From contig JBDSDX010000001.1 of NCBI GenBank assembly GCA_039920285.1, positions 330,001 through 362,000 on the forward strand: a DNA stretch of 32,000 nucleotides. The letters run 5' to 3'. Both the position numbers and the translations under genes were made by a program. Below the pieces are notes generated by a model, which saw only the letters and a program-made list of their open reading frames with translations, made no database searches and was not told the origin of the DNA. Source of the DNA: Candidatus Saccharimonadota bacterium (lineage in GTDB: Bacteria > Patescibacteriota > Saccharimonadia > Saccharimonadales > Saccharimonadaceae). Shown here one piece after another: positions 31,183-32,000 of this stretch; within the stretch, counting starts at the first letter, position 1; every line of letters begins with the position of its first letter.

Positions 31183-32000
31183 ATGGGAATTATCTTCAAG
31201 CGCACAAAAATCTTGGCAACCGTTGGTCCTGCAACCAATGATGCTGATAAAATCGAGCAACTTATCCTCTCTGGGGTGAATGGTATGCGTCTCAATTTTA
31301 GTCACGGTGACTACGACGAACGAACCCAACAGATTAACTGGATCCGTGAAGCGAGCAAAAAAATTGGTAAACCGGTCGCAATCTTACAAGACCTTCAGGG
31401 GCCGAAGATTCGTCTTGGTATGTTGAATGAGAATACAGTCGTCAAAAAAGGCGATGAAATTGTTCTTGATTATGCAGCAGAACATAATGGTTTAACTTTC
31501 CCAGTTCAGTACAACCTGGCTGAAAAAGTCCAAGTTGGTGAACCTATTTACATTTTCGACGGCAAAGTTCGTACTACTGTACTTGAACTTACCTCTGATA
31601 CTGCGATTAAACTCCGTGTAGAAAACGATGGTACTTTAATGAGCAAGAAGGGTATTAACCTTCCTGACACCGACTTTGGTGGCGACATTTTAACCCCTAA
31701 AGACCTAAAAGATATTGAGTATGGCCTGACTCAGGACATTGATTACGTTGCGTTGAGCTTCGTTCAGGGTCCAGACGATATCCATAACCTCCGCCAGATT
31801 CTTGTTGCTGGTGGTTCTCAAGCGCAAATTATTGCCAAAATTGAGACAAAAGCAGCCATTAAACCAGATGTCATGGAAGAAATCGTGAAAGCAACTGATG
31901 GTATCATGGTTGCTCGTGGCGATCTTGCGGTTGAAGCAGGTGCTGAAATCGTCCCTATTGTCCAACGACGTCTGATCGCAATGTGCCGCAAACACGGCAA
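31183..32000 (+). CDS. pyk: Pyruvate kinase (N-terminal part; continues beyond the window)
   Basis: Absent from the track because it is open at the right edge. AAGGAG lies 8 nt upstream of ATG 31183. Translation gives MGIIFKRTKILATVGPATNDADKIEQLILSGVNGMRLNFSHGDYDERTQQINWIREASKKIGKPVAILQDLQGPKIRLG, which are canonical Pyk N-terminal boxes. Confidence 0.92.
   Translation, partial: MGIIFKRTKILATVGPATNDADKIEQLILSGVNGMRLNFSHGDYDERTQQINWIREASKKIGKPVAILQDLQGPKIRLGMLNENTVVKKGDEIVLDYAAEHNGLTFPVQYNLAEKVQVGEPIYIFDGKVRTTVLELTSDTAIKLRVENDGTLMSKKGINLPDTDFGGDILTPKDLKDIEYGLTQDIDYVALSFVQGPDDIHNLRQILVAGGSQAQIIAKIETKAAIKPDVMEEIVKATDGIMVARGDLAVEAGAEIVPIVQRRLIAMCRKHG

Noticed and set aside
1-32000. Alternative genetic code (UGA recoding, as in some CPR lineages).
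   Set aside because: TGA functions as a genuine stop at several well-supported gene ends and coupled ATGA junctions (15016-15018, 16579-16581, 29913-29915). Conserved proteins (GlyA, MurA, MurB, FolD, the kinase) translate full-length under the standard code.

Overview
The window reads as chromosome from a small-genome, Gram-positive-type bacterium. Hand-counted 60-nt lines outside the island give about 42-45% GC. The gene content includes six prepilin-type proteins, an LPxTG sortase substrate, MurA/MurB, GlyA/FolD, TatAC and pyruvate kinase, and TGA is used as a stop. This is most consistent with a Patescibacteria/CPR, Saccharibacteria-like episymbiont (inference, not proven). Layout: 1-6318 holds two leftward operons plus one divergent gene for a secreted or anchored cell-surface complex (DUF916/WxL-like) that ends in a phage-tail-fibre-like gene pair. 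6557-7776 is tatA-tatC. 8052-9584 is an HTH(XRE)-MurA fusion, followed by glyA. 11039-15519 is a type IV pilin locus with two PilA-like genes and three translationally coupled minor pilins carrying Fn3/FG-GAP and LamG-like modules. Next come murB and a HIT gene, tRNA-Arg(TCG), a pilin-NHL-propeller fusion, tRNA-Lys(CTT), three small membrane proteins and folD. A receiver-only response regulator sits divergent from an acyl-synthase-like membrane protein and a GAF histidine kinase, followed by an LPxTG surface protein. The main anomaly is about 26.69-30.9 kb, a roughly 4.2-kb island. Its coding sequence is about 58-67% GC with strongly GC3-biased, actinobacterial-style codons, and it is split by a roughly 27% GC, 560-bp control region. 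It encodes five orphan proteins (two Pro/Ala-rich membrane proteins and three small cytoplasmic or basic proteins), has no recognisable integrase, and abuts tRNA-Glu(TTC). pyk follows and is truncated by the window end. I saw no rRNA, CRISPR array or transposase. All family assignments come from motif recognition by eye and need HMM or structure searches.
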